A DNA stretch of 64,000 nt from Eledone cirrhosa (lineage: Eukaryota), in assembly GCA_964016885.1 (NCBI GenBank), contig OZ024759.1, positions 28,706,001-28,770,000 on the forward strand, read 5' to 3'. Every line of letters begins with the position of its first letter. Position 1 is the stretch's first letter. Both the position numbers and the translations under genes were made by a program. The notes beneath the pieces were generated by a model that saw only the letters and a list, made by a program, of their open reading frames with translations, had not been told where the DNA came from and made no database searches. Shown piece by piece: positions 1-15,147 of this stretch.

Positions 1-1006
1 TCTCGCTGGCGGAGCTGCAGTCCTGGGTCAAGAAAAGACCGAAAACGATGAGCGCTTGGCACATTGAATGCGCTCAGGCGCTCACAGTCCTCTGGCAAGC
101 GGGCACAGCAATCAGTGGAGACTCCACTTCGACATTCTATAGAGGGATTGTACGTTACAAGGGCGACGACGTGCTCGGAGAGACTCTGGGCGTCGAGTCT
201 GAGCTCACGAGTCTGCTTGGTAGGACTTTCCGCCCGGGACCTATGGACAATTTCCAGAGGTCCCTGGCCTGGCAGTGCTACCGAGGAGCTCTACCAGTTC
301 GTGACAAGATCTACAGGCACGGACGCCCCGGCAGGGATCCTTCCAAGAGGACGTGTCCAAGATGCGCGCAGGACATTGAAACCGTCCTGCACGCAATTGT
401 ACACTGCCCGGGCGTAACCGACCTGTGGAACTATGCGGAACAACTGCTGTCGCGTATGGGACAAATTCAGTTGACTGCCGAGTCCATAGTAAGGATCAAA
501 CCGCCCACTTCTTTCAAAAACGAAAGAGAGGCGGTTTTCCTCTGTATAGTGGCTATGGTGAAAGAGGTTATATGGTGGACGAGATTGAGAGGACTGAGGA
601 CAGATCCCTTTCTCTCTGGACAACAACTCATTCCCTTCTTTAGATACCACTTTAGAAGGAGAATCAGAATGGAGAGAGAGAGAGAGACACTGCACCCCAG
701 TAAATTTACTGAAAGGTGGGTGAATGTGACAAAAATGGCCCGAGTGATTGGGCCTTCTCTGTATATAAACCTGTAGGTTGAAGAAGATTGCAAAAGGAAG
801 AAATGAGCACTTGCACAACACGGTCCTTGAGGGTTGTTCTATCAACGGGGTATTAAACAACTCATTTGTGCCCCCCTATTGGGGATTTCGATTATTATAA
901 TTGTTTGTTTTATAGTTTTTTACACGACTGTATGTAAAATCCTCGGCATGTCTTTGTTTTGTTCCCTTTTCTTGTGTGGCCTTGTGGCTAATAAATATAT
1001 CTATCT
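1..1006 (+). mobile_element. Tx1/L1-clade non-LTR retrotransposon 3' end (ORF2 C-terminal zinc-finger region and 3' UTR), truncated by window start
   Basis: ORF ending at 776 contains LAWQCYRGALPVRDK...CPRCAQDIETVLHAIVHCP, the CxxC-H-C RT-associated zinc finger typical of L1/Tx1 ORF2. The T-rich 3' UTR ends GTGGCTAATAAATATATCTATCT. Confidence 0.85.
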
Positions 1007-1116
1007 TCTGGGTGCGTTGTGCCGTGAAAGGCGATACGCGGCGTGATGGAGTGGCGCTGATAGTGGTGGTGTGTTGGTGTAGTTACGGTTGGTGTGTTAG
1101 GAAAAGCAGCAACAGC

Positions 1117-1246
1117 AGTAGTAGTAGTAGTAGCAGCAATAGTATAGTAGTAATAGTACCAGCAGTAGATGTACCAGCAGCACTACTACTACTACTACTA
1201 CTAGTAGTAGTGGTGGTAGTAGTAGTGGTGGTAGTAGTAGTAGTAA

Positions 1247-1308
<62 letters not shown>

Positions 1309-1324
1309 CAGTACTAGTAGTAGT
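1117..1324. repeat. (AGT)n-rich microsatellite
   Basis: Direct inspection. Confidence 0.95.
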
Positions 1325-1411
1325 TTTTAACATCAGGATTTAATTTTGGTAATTAACTAGCTTACTGCTGGTTTTTATTAACATACATTCTCATTACATT
1401 GTATCTGTGTG

Positions 1412-1524
<113 letters not shown>

Positions 1525-1629
1525 ATACACACATACACGTGTGTAACGCTGTGTTTATACTAATACAGTATATAATACGTCCTTACGCATTCATATATGA
1601 TGAATGCATTTTTAAACGTGTTTATACAT

Positions 1630-1678
<49 letters not shown>

Positions 1679-1866
1679 CATATATATACATATATATACA
1701 TATATATACATATATATATATATAAGCATTCTCGGGGATTTCAGATGGCTGACGTTGGAGTGTTTTCCTTTGTCAGTGAATGTTTTTTTTTCTTTTTAAT
1801 TCATATATTACGTAAGTTAAGATTGTGAGGGGAGGCACAGTAAACAAACACACACACTTATAAAGA

Positions 1867-1916
<50 letters not shown>

Positions 1917-2294
1917 GATAGCGTAAAATAAAAAAAACACTTCATTAGCTTGTAAATGCATTGTAAGCAATTTTAAATGGGCAAATAAGTAAAAGAATAT
2001 GTAGTAATGGTTAAGGTCCCTGGTCTAGTGTGATGGTCACATGGTTATAATGTGGAGGGTTGATTCCTGGACTGGGTGACTCATTGGGTTAATTTTATTT
2101 CCTGTTGTCTCCCGTGGTAGGTCTTTTTCTGCTAAATCCTTACAAAATGTTAAGAGTTAAATAATTTAACTTTTTACTGGCTTTGGTCCTGAGTCTGCAA
2201 CGATATTACATCAGAAAGAAAGGTAAAACACAAAATCTGTGTTAAATTAAAAATTGAGGTCTTTTCTTTAGTTTATTGCAAATATCTACAAATT

Positions 2295-2435
2295 CCCCGT
2301 CATTAGTACCGACACTATACACATCTGAATTAACAAACACTACCTGTCATTAGTAATAGTACTATAAACATTTCAATTAACAAACAACACCCCGTCATTA
2401 GTACTGACACTATAAACATTTGAATTAACAAACAT
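2295..2435. repeat. about 47-48 bp tandem repeat, 3 copies
   Basis: GTCATTAGTA recurs at 2299, 2346 and 2394. Confidence 0.85.
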
Positions 2436-2748
2436 ATTTTTAGATACTTTCTGCTAAATCTTTGCAGGATATTAAGAGATAATACATCGTATTGGTCAGA
2501 TATTAAGTAGAATAATTCAGTTTGATGAGATTAGAACCTTCACTCTATATATTAGAATATTAATAAAACACTATCGCTGAACAGCGGAACCACGTCCCAT
2601 CCTTTTACAGAGTTGAAATCAGAGATATGCATCGTACATGAAGTTAGACGCGTTTAGCAAAATCTAGGCGTTTTTCAAATGCGCGCACGCACACAAACAC
2701 ACACACACACATGCATATTTAAGTATACAATGTACCCTCAGGATGATG

Positions 2749-2794
<46 letters not shown>

Positions 2795-2866
2795 TAACAT
2801 CCTGCACACACCATGTACCGGACGTGTGGATGGTAGCAGACCTATGTGAATTTGTAACACTTCTTA

Positions 2867-2933
<67 letters not shown>

Positions 2934-3070
2934 CTATGTCTGCGGAATACTCAGCCAATTACACGCCAATTCAATTAAGAGGTAGTTCAGTTAATTGAAC
3001 AACTGAAAACTCATCGTCGAAACCGAATGTGATCCATTTACTATATATATATATATATTTCTGTACACAG

Positions 3071-3105
<35 letters not shown>

Positions 3106-3136
3106 TATATATATATATCTGTACGCACACAAACAC

Positions 3137-3177
<41 letters not shown>

Positions 3178-3624
3178 TAATCATCATTTATGGTCCATTT
3201 TCCCCTCCTAAATGATATATATATATATATTTATATATATGTATATGTGTGTGTGTGTGTGTGTGTGTCTCTGTGTGTGTGTCTATATATATGCGCATGT
3301 CTCTATATATGTGTGTAAATGTATAAAAAAAAGTTCGGTTCCCATGCTGCCCTCCTTTCTAGCTCAGTGACAATAACACAGGCCAGATGAAGAGCGGGGT
3401 GGTGGGGTGGCGGGGTGGTATTCCACAGGTTACAATCACTAACACACGATCTGCAAACATTTCATTCTCTCTACGTCATGATATTTACGCTGGACAATTT
3501 AAACTATTGCTTTGTAGTGTCTTCAGACAATAACATTGTGTGTGTGCATATATATATATATATATTATGTGTGTGTGTGTCTATGTGTGTGTATATATAT
3601 ATATATTATGTGTGTGTGTGTCTA

Positions 3625-3659
<35 letters not shown>

Positions 3660-4117
3660 TTATATCTTTCTATATGTGTGGGTGTGTTTATGTGTGTATA
3701 TGGATATACATATATATATATATATTATGTGTGTGTGTGTCTATGTGTGTGTATATATATATATATATATATTTATATCTTTCTATATGTGTGTGTGGGT
3801 GTGTTTATGTGTGTATATGGATATATATATATATATATATATTCATACATTCATATATACATACATCTTACATATATATATATGTGTATATTCATATAGA
3901 CACATATATATATACATATATACATACATACATACAGATATGTATATATTGACACACACACACACACATGCGCGCGCGCACACACACACACACATACATA
4001 TGTATATATTATATATATATACACACACACACACTTGTGCGTGTAGTCAACTTTTGACATGTGACTTTTTACGAAGCCAACACTACTAAACTCTTTACAT
4101 ATGCAAATGTTTCTCAC

Positions 4118-4244
<127 letters not shown>

Positions 4245-5829
4245 ATGAGTATATATGTATGTATGTTTGCGTGTGTGTATATGCATACGTATGTGTGTAT
4301 GTATGTGTATGTGTGTATAATTATTTGTGCGTATGTATATTCATATTGTCTTTTGTATTGTTTTATATGCACTTACATTTTTTTAATCTTTTTTCAATCT
4401 TGTGTAATTTATTTATTTATTTATTCACCGGAAGAGTGACAGTGAGAGAACCTCTACCTGGTTGCTTGACCTAGCTAAACATAGCAGTCAAATCTCCCTC
4501 AAAACACACTCTGCGACATTAAAAAACAATTGTCATGGGATAAACGTCTTCTTATAAAACTATCTTTTGCTAAGTATCACGATCTTCTCGACCTGTGGTG
4601 ATAAGCTGGGAGGTAACATGTAGTGACACTTTCTCCGGTGGAAACATGAGGCATTCGGTCAGGGACCCAGGCTTCGTTGCCTGACAAACTGAAGATTACA
4701 AGTGCCGGCAGATTTCCAGTAGGTTTGTCGTCAAATCTATAGCTGTGGAGACTTCTGGTGTTCTTGGTCCTCGAACCATTCTCCCTTCTCATTGCTGTCG
4801 GAAAGTAGTCGGCCTCATGCAGTGGTGAGCTCCGTTAGCGGGAATGACACCCTCGCTATCCTCCATGGTAAAACTTTCTCCATTCTGTCACCTGGGACCA
4901 CTAGGCGGCATACATCTGGGATTCTACACTCCCAAGAAGCTCCACCACACTATCTGGGCTTGGGTAATTGGGGTAGTTCTCAGCAAACTACACCATCACT
5001 ACATCAATTATACAAGCTGGGACCATGAGATGGCTTACACCTGAGTTTTTCTACCTCAGAGAGGGTTCTCCCACAAGTGTTGAGGTAGGCCCCAGTCTAT
5101 GGTAAATAACAATTTATTCCACTAGTGTTGGAGGTAGATACCCGAGGTTATGGTAAATAACAATTTATTCAAGACGCCACCAAGTGGAATCGAACCCAGG
5201 ATTTAAAGTTTACGAAGAGAGCCTCAAAAATTCCGCTATGCTGAATCCAAGAATGGGTAATAAACTGGGAAATGGTACCCTAGAACATGAATTAAGGGTA
5301 ACACAAGAAGATGGAAATGGGATTCAATACTTTTTGCTTTTTTATTATTATTTCAAGATATATTTTTAGTGTATTTTTTTGTTCTATTTGGCCAATTCTG
5401 CTTTTCTGTGTCTTCTCGTTTCATCTTGGGAACGAAAAAATTATTATTATTATTTTTTTTTTTTTTTTTTTTTTTTTTCTTTCCTCCTCCTTGTAATCAT
5501 TTCGGTAATACAGATGTAGTCACAAAACATGGTTGGAATATGTATATATATATATATATATGTATATGTATGTGTGTGTGTGTGTACTATATATAAATAA
5601 ATATATATGTATTGGTGTATAAAGAAATATATATATATATATATATGATATACATAAGATATATATATATACATATCTTATGTATATAAATTACATACAC
5701 ACACACACACACGCGCGCGCGCATATATGTGTGTGTGTAAACAAACATATAGCTACTTACAAAAATGTCAGAAAAAAAATATACGAAACCTTTTGTGACG
5801 CGAATCTCTTATCACTTCTTTGATCTTTC

Positions 5830-5895
<66 letters not shown>

Positions 5896-5939
5896 GTATA
5901 TATACACACACACATATATATATATATATATATTTATAT

Positions 5940-5984
<45 letters not shown>

Positions 5985-5986
<2 letters not shown>

Positions 5987-6284
5987 TATTTCGTTATTAG
6001 CCACAGGGGCACAAAAGAAGGGGACAAATACAAAGGGGGAAGTTTACATACAATAAAAACGTGTAAAATGTTATCACAAATGGAATTTAAAAAGTTAGTC
6101 GATTTTCCCCAATACAGGGAGACAGTTTATATGGGTAACACATACCCCCGAAAAAAAATGTGCAACCCTCATCTCCAGGAGTACGAAGAGTTTGTACTCC
6201 TTTCCTCTCCTCCTCCTTTTCCTCAACCTACAGCCTGATATAGAGAGAAGGCCCATTCACTCGGGCCATTCTCGCCACTTTCAT
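5985..6284 (-). mobile_element. 5'-truncated Tx1/L1 3' end within (GATA)n
   Basis: Minus strand reads MKVARMARVNGPSLYIRL*, matching the C-terminus of ORF 48-776 (KMARVIGPSLYINL*), followed by a related 3' UTR. (GATA)n lies on both sides. Confidence 0.85.
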
Positions 6285-6374
6285 AGATAGATAGATAGAT
6301 ATAAATGCATTACCTATCTAAATATAATATATATATATATATATATATAAATATATATATATAAAAATATATAC

Positions 6375-6413
<39 letters not shown>

Positions 6414-6448
6414 TATATATATATACACAAACATATATATATATATAC

Positions 6449-6780
6449 ATGGTGGCTGCCAACTCGTTTTCGAGTACGGCCACTACTTTATATCCATGTA
6501 GGAGAACCCTTACCGAAGCGCTGAACGAGTGTGACTTTTTAGTCCAGCCAGCGACTTGAAAACTCTGGTACAAACACTACACTTGTGACAATTATTGACA
6601 CATAGTGCTGGGCCCATGGTACCATGTGACGACAAGTGCAGAGAGATCTCCAGATACAAAGCAATGCCTGTGCCGTGAAGCTTTTATAGTGAACAAAGCA
6701 CTGCACAAAGCCAGTCCCACTCTCTTAACCAAGATGATATTTACCAAAAAGAAGAACAAGTCAACATCATTGGATACCAT
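6449..6780 (-). mobile_element. 5'-truncated tandem copy of the RTE-derived element
   Basis: Near-identical to 6851-7182. Confidence 0.85.
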
Positions 6781-6800
6781 ATATATACATACATACATAC

Positions 6801-6831
<31 letters not shown>

Positions 6832-6850
6832 TACATACATACATACATAC

Positions 6851-7460
6851 ATGGTGGCTGCCAACTCGTTTTCGAGTACGGCCACTACTTTATATCCATG
6901 TAGGAGAACCCCTACCGATGCGCTGAACGAGTGTGACTTTTTAGTCCAGCCAGCGACTTGAAAACTCTGGTACAAACACTACACTTGTGACAATTACTGA
7001 CACATAGTGCTGGGCCCATGGTACCATGTGACGACAAGTGCAGAGAGATCTCCAGATATAAAGCAATGCCTGTGCCGTGAAGCTTTTATAGTGAGCAAAG
7101 GCACTGCACAAAGCCAGTCCCACTCTCTTAACCAAGATGATATTTACCAAAAAGAAGAACAAGTCAACATCATTGGATACCATCAGGGTTGCAGGTGTTA
7201 TATCAGAGTTTTCCTTCTCCTAGAATTCTGCCTTGACAAAGGCTAAGGGGTCATCTCTCCCGGTGATTTTGGATGGCCATTGACTCTTAAGAGCTCCTTT
7301 GCCCTTTGACAGGTTTTGTTTTTAGTCCTGCAGGATGTCCAAAGTCACCCTCCTCACCAAGAAACCTTGGTGGGGTTGCCAGTTTAGTCGCCAACGACCC
7401 GACCATGAGACAGGTTGTACTGGGATACATGTTACCAGTAGCACCAACTGGTGACCTGAC
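6851..7460 (-). mobile_element. Non-autonomous bipartite RTE-clade derivative (about 610 bp)
   Basis: Minus strand carries an RTE-type 5' UTR motif (CTAGGAGAAGGAAAACTCTG, recalled from memory) and a terminal C2H2 finger, CSVCTRVFKSLAGLKSHTRSAHR* (about 6912-6989). Same ends as the copy at 37336-37944. Confidence 0.7.
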
Positions 7461-7531
7461 ATACATACATACATACATACATACACACACACATACATAT
7501 ATATATATATACACACACATACATACATACA

Positions 7532-7565
<34 letters not shown>

Positions 7566-7648
7566 AATATACACACACACACACACACACATACATACAT
7601 ATATAAATATACACACACACACACACATACATACATACATATATAAAT

Positions 7649-7692
<44 letters not shown>

Positions 7693-7693
<1 letters not shown>

Positions 7694-7870
7694 GGAAAAA
7701 GTATGACCCCGACGGCAGAGCTTAAGCCGTTTCGACGGCTATTTCAGGACTGAAATAGCTCGAGCTCTGCCGCCGGGGTCATACTTTTTCCTATTTCCCA
7801 CTCTGCTACCCTAAGCATTGAGTACTCTGGGGCGTTATGGTCTATCTGGTTCCTTACCACACTTCCTTCG

Positions 7871-7872
<2 letters not shown>
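7693..7872. mobile_element. PLE pLTR-like repeat, fold-back copy (GCCGTCGGGG family)
   Basis: Internal inverted repeat with hammerhead 3' half GAAACGGC...GCCGTC GGGG; flanked by (TA)n; related copies at 18319, 24073, 32190, 34808 and 52875. Confidence 0.7.
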
Positions 7873-7909
<37 letters not shown>

Positions 7910-7936
7910 CACATATATATATATATATATTTACAC

Positions 7937-7974
<38 letters not shown>

Positions 7975-8014
7975 TTACACATATATATATATATACACAC
8001 ATATATATATATAT

Positions 8015-8081
<67 letters not shown>

Positions 8082-8460
8082 TGTGTGTGTGTGTTTAGAA
8101 TTTTTTGCGGTCTTGTAACATTGTAACATATCCCCTGGCAGGGTGGAGGAGGCATGGGAGGAGACGCGTGTCTTTCTTTGTGTTGTTATGTTTATTTGTA
8201 AATATATACAGGAACTTCCATCATATACACACATCTGTACCTGGGTGTAGATACATGTAACCGTGTAATATGACCTTTATAATTACCAACACATACACAC
8301 ATACATACATACATTTACATACATACATACATATATTTTCATACATATATACATATATACATGCATGCATACATATATATATATATATGTGTATATACAT
8401 ACATATACAGACAGACATACATACGTACATACGTTTTCATACATATATACATACATGCAT

Positions 8461-8516
<56 letters not shown>

Positions 8517-8849
8517 ATATATATATAAATTCAGCTGTGTGGTTAGATTGATAATATCATTTTGAAACACGTGAGAGAAATATAGGAAACAGAAAACACG
8601 GAAAAGACTAGTCCACGGACAATTCCCTCTCATCATTGTCTTATGGGGATCATTATAGTTTCAGATGCTTTTGAAAGACTAATATATATAACAAATTAGT
8701 GAGTGTGCGTTTGTGTGTGTGTGAATGTGTATATATGTGTGTGTTCATGTATATATAAACTTTGGAAATTTGTCACAAATATACAAAACATCGCAATGAA
8801 AAGAGATCGCTAAAAAAATCTTCTTCAGAGAATCAAATACATATAGAAC

Positions 8850-9138
8850 ATCTTATACAAAATCACTGAGAGGTAGATGACAGTAAAAGCATCTTTCCCT
8901 AGGGATAAATTACCCTTACTGCAGTTTCAAAACCCGAAGAATAACAGAGAGCATTTCAATAGATTGGTTTTATTCAATAGATAGGGTTTATGGTTGGAGT
9001 GTTCTCTGTAAGGTATAAGAAAAATAAATACCCCTTTATAGAAACGTATCCGTTTTTCATTGAAATGCGCAGTAAGGGTAATTTATCCTAGCGAAAGGTG
9101 CTTCTCCTGTCATTTACCCATCAGTGATTTTGTATAAG

Positions 9139-9140
<2 letters not shown>
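8850..9140. repeat. Imperfect long inverted repeat (about 73 bp arms), MITE or fold-back-like
   Basis: ATCTTATACAAAATCACTGA...TACCCTTACTGC (8850-8923) pairs with GCAGTAAGGGTA...TCAGTGATTTTGTATAAGAT (9069-9140). Confidence 0.75.
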
Positions 9141-9198
<58 letters not shown>

Positions 9199-9281
9199 GG
9201 AAAATTAACAAACAAATGACATCGATGATGAGTCACTCAAACTTTTTATGGGTATGAGAAGATTCCCTTATCTTCTGCAAC

Positions 9282-9527
<246 letters not shown>

Positions 9528-9651
9528 ATTTATACTAAACTCATCCTATGGACTGAGTGCTCTTACTCTTGGATATCTCCACCTAACTTTTACTACTGTA
9601 TATATATATATATATATTGTTATACTTGGGGAGGGTCATATTGTTGTATTT

Positions 9652-9779
<128 letters not shown>

Positions 9780-10199
9780 CATACATACATATGAAATACT
9801 TCAATAAAGATTTGAAGAAATACTGTGCATACCACAAAAAGGTTTACACGTCGATGTACTTCCCTAGACTTGAGGATGGTCTTAATGTGGAACGGAAGTC
9901 TATCTTCACGTGGATTCCTGACCTTAACATCACGTCACATCTCGAGAGTTAGGCTGTTATGATCCACGAGCAGACGATATCTAACAAACATACCTAATGA
10001 ACGAAGGAGACATTGGAGCACTTAAACACCGAAGCCGTTGGGTGGGGATCAGGTCGGGTGGGAGAAACTAAAGCAAAAAACAAACATATGTCGATTACGT
10101 CACACTTCTGTGGGAGATATAACTTTATCATGGGTTCACTTCACTGACGATGATTTATGTTGGGGTGGTGAGGGTGGGCTGCCTACGTTTATTTGGAAA

Positions 10200-10760
10200 C
10201 TCGATTGTAGGTGACAAAAACCTCTGCAGGACAGACAGACCCAGTCGCATAGCTGATGGGTCGCTAATTGCTGACAAAACCAATAAAGGACTGACAGACC
10301 CAACAACAGGGATTGGAGGGTCTCTGGTGGCTGACGAGACCTATAAAGAACAGGCAGACACAACTACTGAGGCTGAAGGGTCGCTGGTGGATGACGGGAT
10401 TTATACAAGACAGGGAGGCCCAACTATAGAGGCAAGAGGGTCACTAGTGGCTGACGAGACATATATGTGACAGGGAGGTCCAACTACAGGACCTGCAGTG
10501 TCCGTGGTGGTTGACGAGATCTATAAATAACAGGCAGACCCAACTACAGAGACTGAAGCGTCGCTGGTGGATGACGGGATTTATACAAGACAGGGAGGCC
10601 CAACTATAGAGGCACGAGGGTCACTAGTGGCTGACGTGACCTATACAAAACAGGGAGGCCCAACTATAGCACCTGCAGTGTCTATGGTGGTTGACGAGAT
10701 CTATATAGGATTGACAGGCCCAACTACAGTAGCTGGAGGGTCACTAAAGGGCTGACCTAT
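10200..10760. repeat. 60 bp minisatellite with 180 bp higher-order unit
   Basis: 60 bp periodicity is visible line by line; 10381-10440 is almost identical to 10561-10620. Confidence 0.9.
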
Positions 10761-10914
10761 ATAGATCTCTACAGCAAGGGACAGACCAAGCCACAGAGGC
10801 TGTAAGGAGGAATACTGTTCTGTGTTCGGTGTTGTTGGGCCATGTTTCTTCTTTTGTCCTCAAACTAATATATATTATCACTGTACAGTGTTGTTTTTAG
10901 CCGTTGGCGTTTCG

Positions 10915-11025
<111 letters not shown>

Positions 11026-11140
11026 ATGTATGTATATATTAGCAAACATGTCTAGTTACATCGACAAACTATTGACTAGACAGTTAGATAAACACACAGA
11101 TAATATCGTCTAGAGAGAGAGACAGACAGAGAGACTCACT

Positions 11141-11180
<40 letters not shown>

Positions 11181-11276
11181 CACGCACACTGACACTGACA
11201 TAGACAGACAGTCAGACAGACACACACACTGACAGTCAGACACATAGACAGACAAACAGGCAGACAGACACACACT

Positions 11277-11308
<32 letters not shown>

Positions 11309-11387
11309 CAACTGACTGATAAGTATCTTTCAATTCACTACTGCAAAGACTATTAACCAATTTCTCTCGCGTTTCTTTGAAATTACG

Positions 11388-11735
11388 AACATAAACTAAA
11401 ACAACAACAACAACATAAACAATAACATAAACTAAAACAACAACAAAAACAACAACAACATAAACAACAACATAAACTAAAACAACGACAACAAAAACAA
11501 CAACATAAACAACAACATAAACTAAAACAACAACAACAACAACAACAACATAAACTAAAACAACAACAACAACATAAACAACAACATAAACAACAACATA
11601 AACTAAAACAACAACATAAACAACATAAACTAAAACAACAACATAAACAACATAAACTAAAACAACAACATAAACAACAACATAAACTAAAACAACATAA
11701 ACAATAACAAACAAAGACAAACAATAACAATAAAC
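11388..11735. repeat. Compound (AAC)n/ACATAAACTAA repeat
   Basis: Direct inspection. Confidence 0.9.
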
Positions 11736-12513
11736 GAAAAAAAAGAATTCAGGAAAAAAAATTCGAAAAAGTCCCCCACCCCCAGCGAAATTTGAAAATT
11801 CAAAATGGCGGACTCCTAGAATTTTCGTTTTATTCTTTAGTCACGTGGGATGAAATGTTGGAAGAAAGGAGGAGATGGGGGAGAGTGTTTTAGGAGGGTG
11901 GCTGGTTTGTTACTTGGTGGCGGTGGTGGTGGTGGTGGTGTTTGGGAGACGGTTGTGGTGGTGGTGGTGGTGTTTGGGAGTCGGTTGTGATGGTGGTGGT
12001 GGTGGAGGTGGTTATGTTGGCGGCGGTGGTGGTGGTAGAGATGGTGGTGGTGTTTGGGAGTCGGTTGTGGTTGGGGTGCGGATTTCAGTGTTGTTCGGGT
12101 ATTTGGGGTGGCTGTGATGGTCGGGGTGGTGCGGGGATTGGGTCGTTGATTGGCTGGCTGGTTGGTGTGGTGAGTTAGTCGGAGGTGATGGTGGTTGGGA
12201 GTGGTTGCCGGTGGGGCAGGGAGTTCGGGTATCTGGGGTAACTGAAATGGTTGTGTGTGTGTGGAGGGGGAGGGCAGGCTGTGGTGGTTTCGGGTGGTTT
12301 GTGCGAACGTCGGTGGGGTGGGGGCTGGTTTCTTGGAAGTGAGGGCGTTGTCGTGGGTGATGATGTTTTCGCGATGTCTAGAGAAGGGACCTTTAATGGG
12401 AAAAAAATGGGGAACCCACTGTGGGTGGGGGGGGGTAAGGGGGGGGGGGGTAAGGGGGGGTAGAAAGAATGAGAGAAAGAGTGCGTAACTGTGCATCTAT
12501 ACGTGTGTGGGTA

Positions 12514-12564
<51 letters not shown>

Positions 12565-12603
12565 CAGAGAGAGAGAGAAAGAGAGAAAGAAAGAGAGAGA
12601 GAC

Positions 12604-12634
<31 letters not shown>

Positions 12635-13462
12635 GAGAGAGAAAGAAAGAGAGGAAGAGTATAATGGTGCATGTATGCGTGTGTGTGAGAGAGAGATAGA
12701 CAGACAGACAGACAGACACAGAGAGATAGAGAGAGATAGATAGAGAGAGTATAACTGTGCATGTATGTGTGTGTGTTTGTGTGTGTAATTGTGCCAGCGT
12801 GTATGTATGTCTATGTGCATCAGTATATGTATGTATGTGTGTGTGTGTGTGTGTGTGTTGTAAAACAACAGAGAACCCTAAAATTAGTTTTTAAGGGGAG
12901 AAGGAGGAGGAGATAGTAGAGGTAGGTTAGGGATGAGAGGCACCCCTACCCCATTTACCATTCGTCACCACCGACGCCAAATATTCACCACAAGGGGCTT
13001 ACAAGTTACGTAATCTTGGTACCCAGGAAAATATTACCCCACCACTCATTTCCACCCATCCCTATCCATTTCGGAATCCTCACCGCCATCCTCATCTTTT
13101 TTTCCAATGAAGGACTGACGTCCGAAACAATCTATGTTATCCCGACCGAGCACCTAGCGGTTTCAGTTCGTGTGTTCAGTAAGAATATATATACATATAT
13201 ATATATAGCCTCCTTATACGGACACATAGTCACCACCACCACCACTATCATATTCTGTACTTATATGCTCTCACTTATCCTTATTTCTTTATATTTTTAT
13301 TATTTTTCCATTTTCTTACTTTTTTTATTGTATCTTTTTTATTACTTTTTACTTTTTAAATCTGTAACTTCTTTACCTATTTACCATATATTTTATTATT
13401 GCTGTTATTGTTTTGATTATACGTTATTTCTCTATATATATCATGCCATGTATGAATTATTT

Positions 13463-13770
13463 GTATTCTGAGGATTTGATCAGCGGTAAACAATTGTTTC
13501 TACGTTAGGCACAAGGCCAGCAAACACCCAGTGTATTACTGGTACTTTATTTTATCGACCCCGTAAGGATGAAAGGCAAAGTTAACCTTGGCGGGATTTG
13601 AACTCAGAATGGCAAGGGCCGTAACTCTATACGTCAAAGCATGCCGTCCGACCCTCTACCAATACTGCCAATCCGATCAGGGGTAAATAATGTAATGGAG
13701 ATCGAGTGACGCAACTTCGAGTGATTAGCGGCCTCTAGACTCACCTGATCAATGAAACAATTGTTAATAC
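13463..13770 (+). ncRNA. Hammerhead motif interrupted by a SINE in loop II
   Basis: GTATT-CTGAGGA-T-TTGATCAG [SINE] ...CTGATCAA-T-GAA-ACAATTGT-T-AATAC. Confidence 0.65.
13495..13674 (-). mobile_element. tRNA-derived SINE (family A) with 17 bp TSD
   Basis: Minus strand has B-box GAGTTCAAATCC then GCCTTTCATCCTTACGGGGTCGATAAAATAAAGTACCAG (resembles the Meta-SINE central domain, from memory). TSD GATCAG(C/G)GGTAAA(C/T)AAT at 13478-13494 and 13675-13691. Confidence 0.85.
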
Positions 13771-13822
13771 CTGAAATAAAGCCCCTTGTTGTACAGCCGA
13801 CCATGTTACTCTTCAATCTTTC

Positions 13823-14465
<643 letters not shown>

Positions 14466-14601
14466 ATTCATTTAGGCTTGTTGGTTCACCACTTGATAGA
14501 ACTGGTCATTCCGTATAGTCAACCGTGATGTAATATTAGGAGAATAAATCTTTGAAGGAATTTCACCAGTCTAGCCTCCTGTCATTTTACACAATAATAT
14601 A

Positions 14602-14645
<44 letters not shown>

Positions 14646-14966
14646 TGTGTGTGTGTCTGTCTGTGTGTCTGTGTGTATACAGAGAAAGCGAGAGAGATAG
14701 TTAATGAATGAAACAAACAAAACACAGGATGCAAAATTACAGTTATTTCTTCACACGCACACACACACACACACACACACTCTCACACACACATATGTAG
14801 GATCCCGTTGTAAATCGGCAGGTGACCACTGTCACAAAAAAGGTACTCAATATGTTAGCAGCGTTTTAAAATTCATTTTATTAAGGCTTAATAGTGAGTC
14901 TTGTTACTCTGGAGTTTCGCCTGTTAATCATTATCACAGGGTCATCTAACCCTGTGATAAACAGGC

Positions 14967-15026
<60 letters not shown>

Positions 15027-15080
15027 TACCATGACTGAATCTTAACCATCTACAATGTCAGGGTATGTCATGCATCATCT

Positions 15081-15147
15081 TATTTTATCTGACGAGGACG
15101 TACTGTTGAAGATAGCTCAGTACCTCTGAAATATGTATAATAAAATA
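15081..15147 (+). ncRNA. Type I hammerhead motif (TATTTTAT stem I family)
   Basis: TATTTTAT-CTGACGA-GGACGTACTG..CAGTACCTCT-GAA-ATATGTAT-A-ATAAAATA. Confidence 0.75.

Noticed and set aside
9617-9651. TGTTATACTTGGGGAGGG motif (also 24232 and reversed at 29893-29933) as an LTR terminus
   Set aside because: No paired LTR, PBS or PPT. The 24232 copy adjoins a hammerhead, so a PLE-type end is at least as likely.
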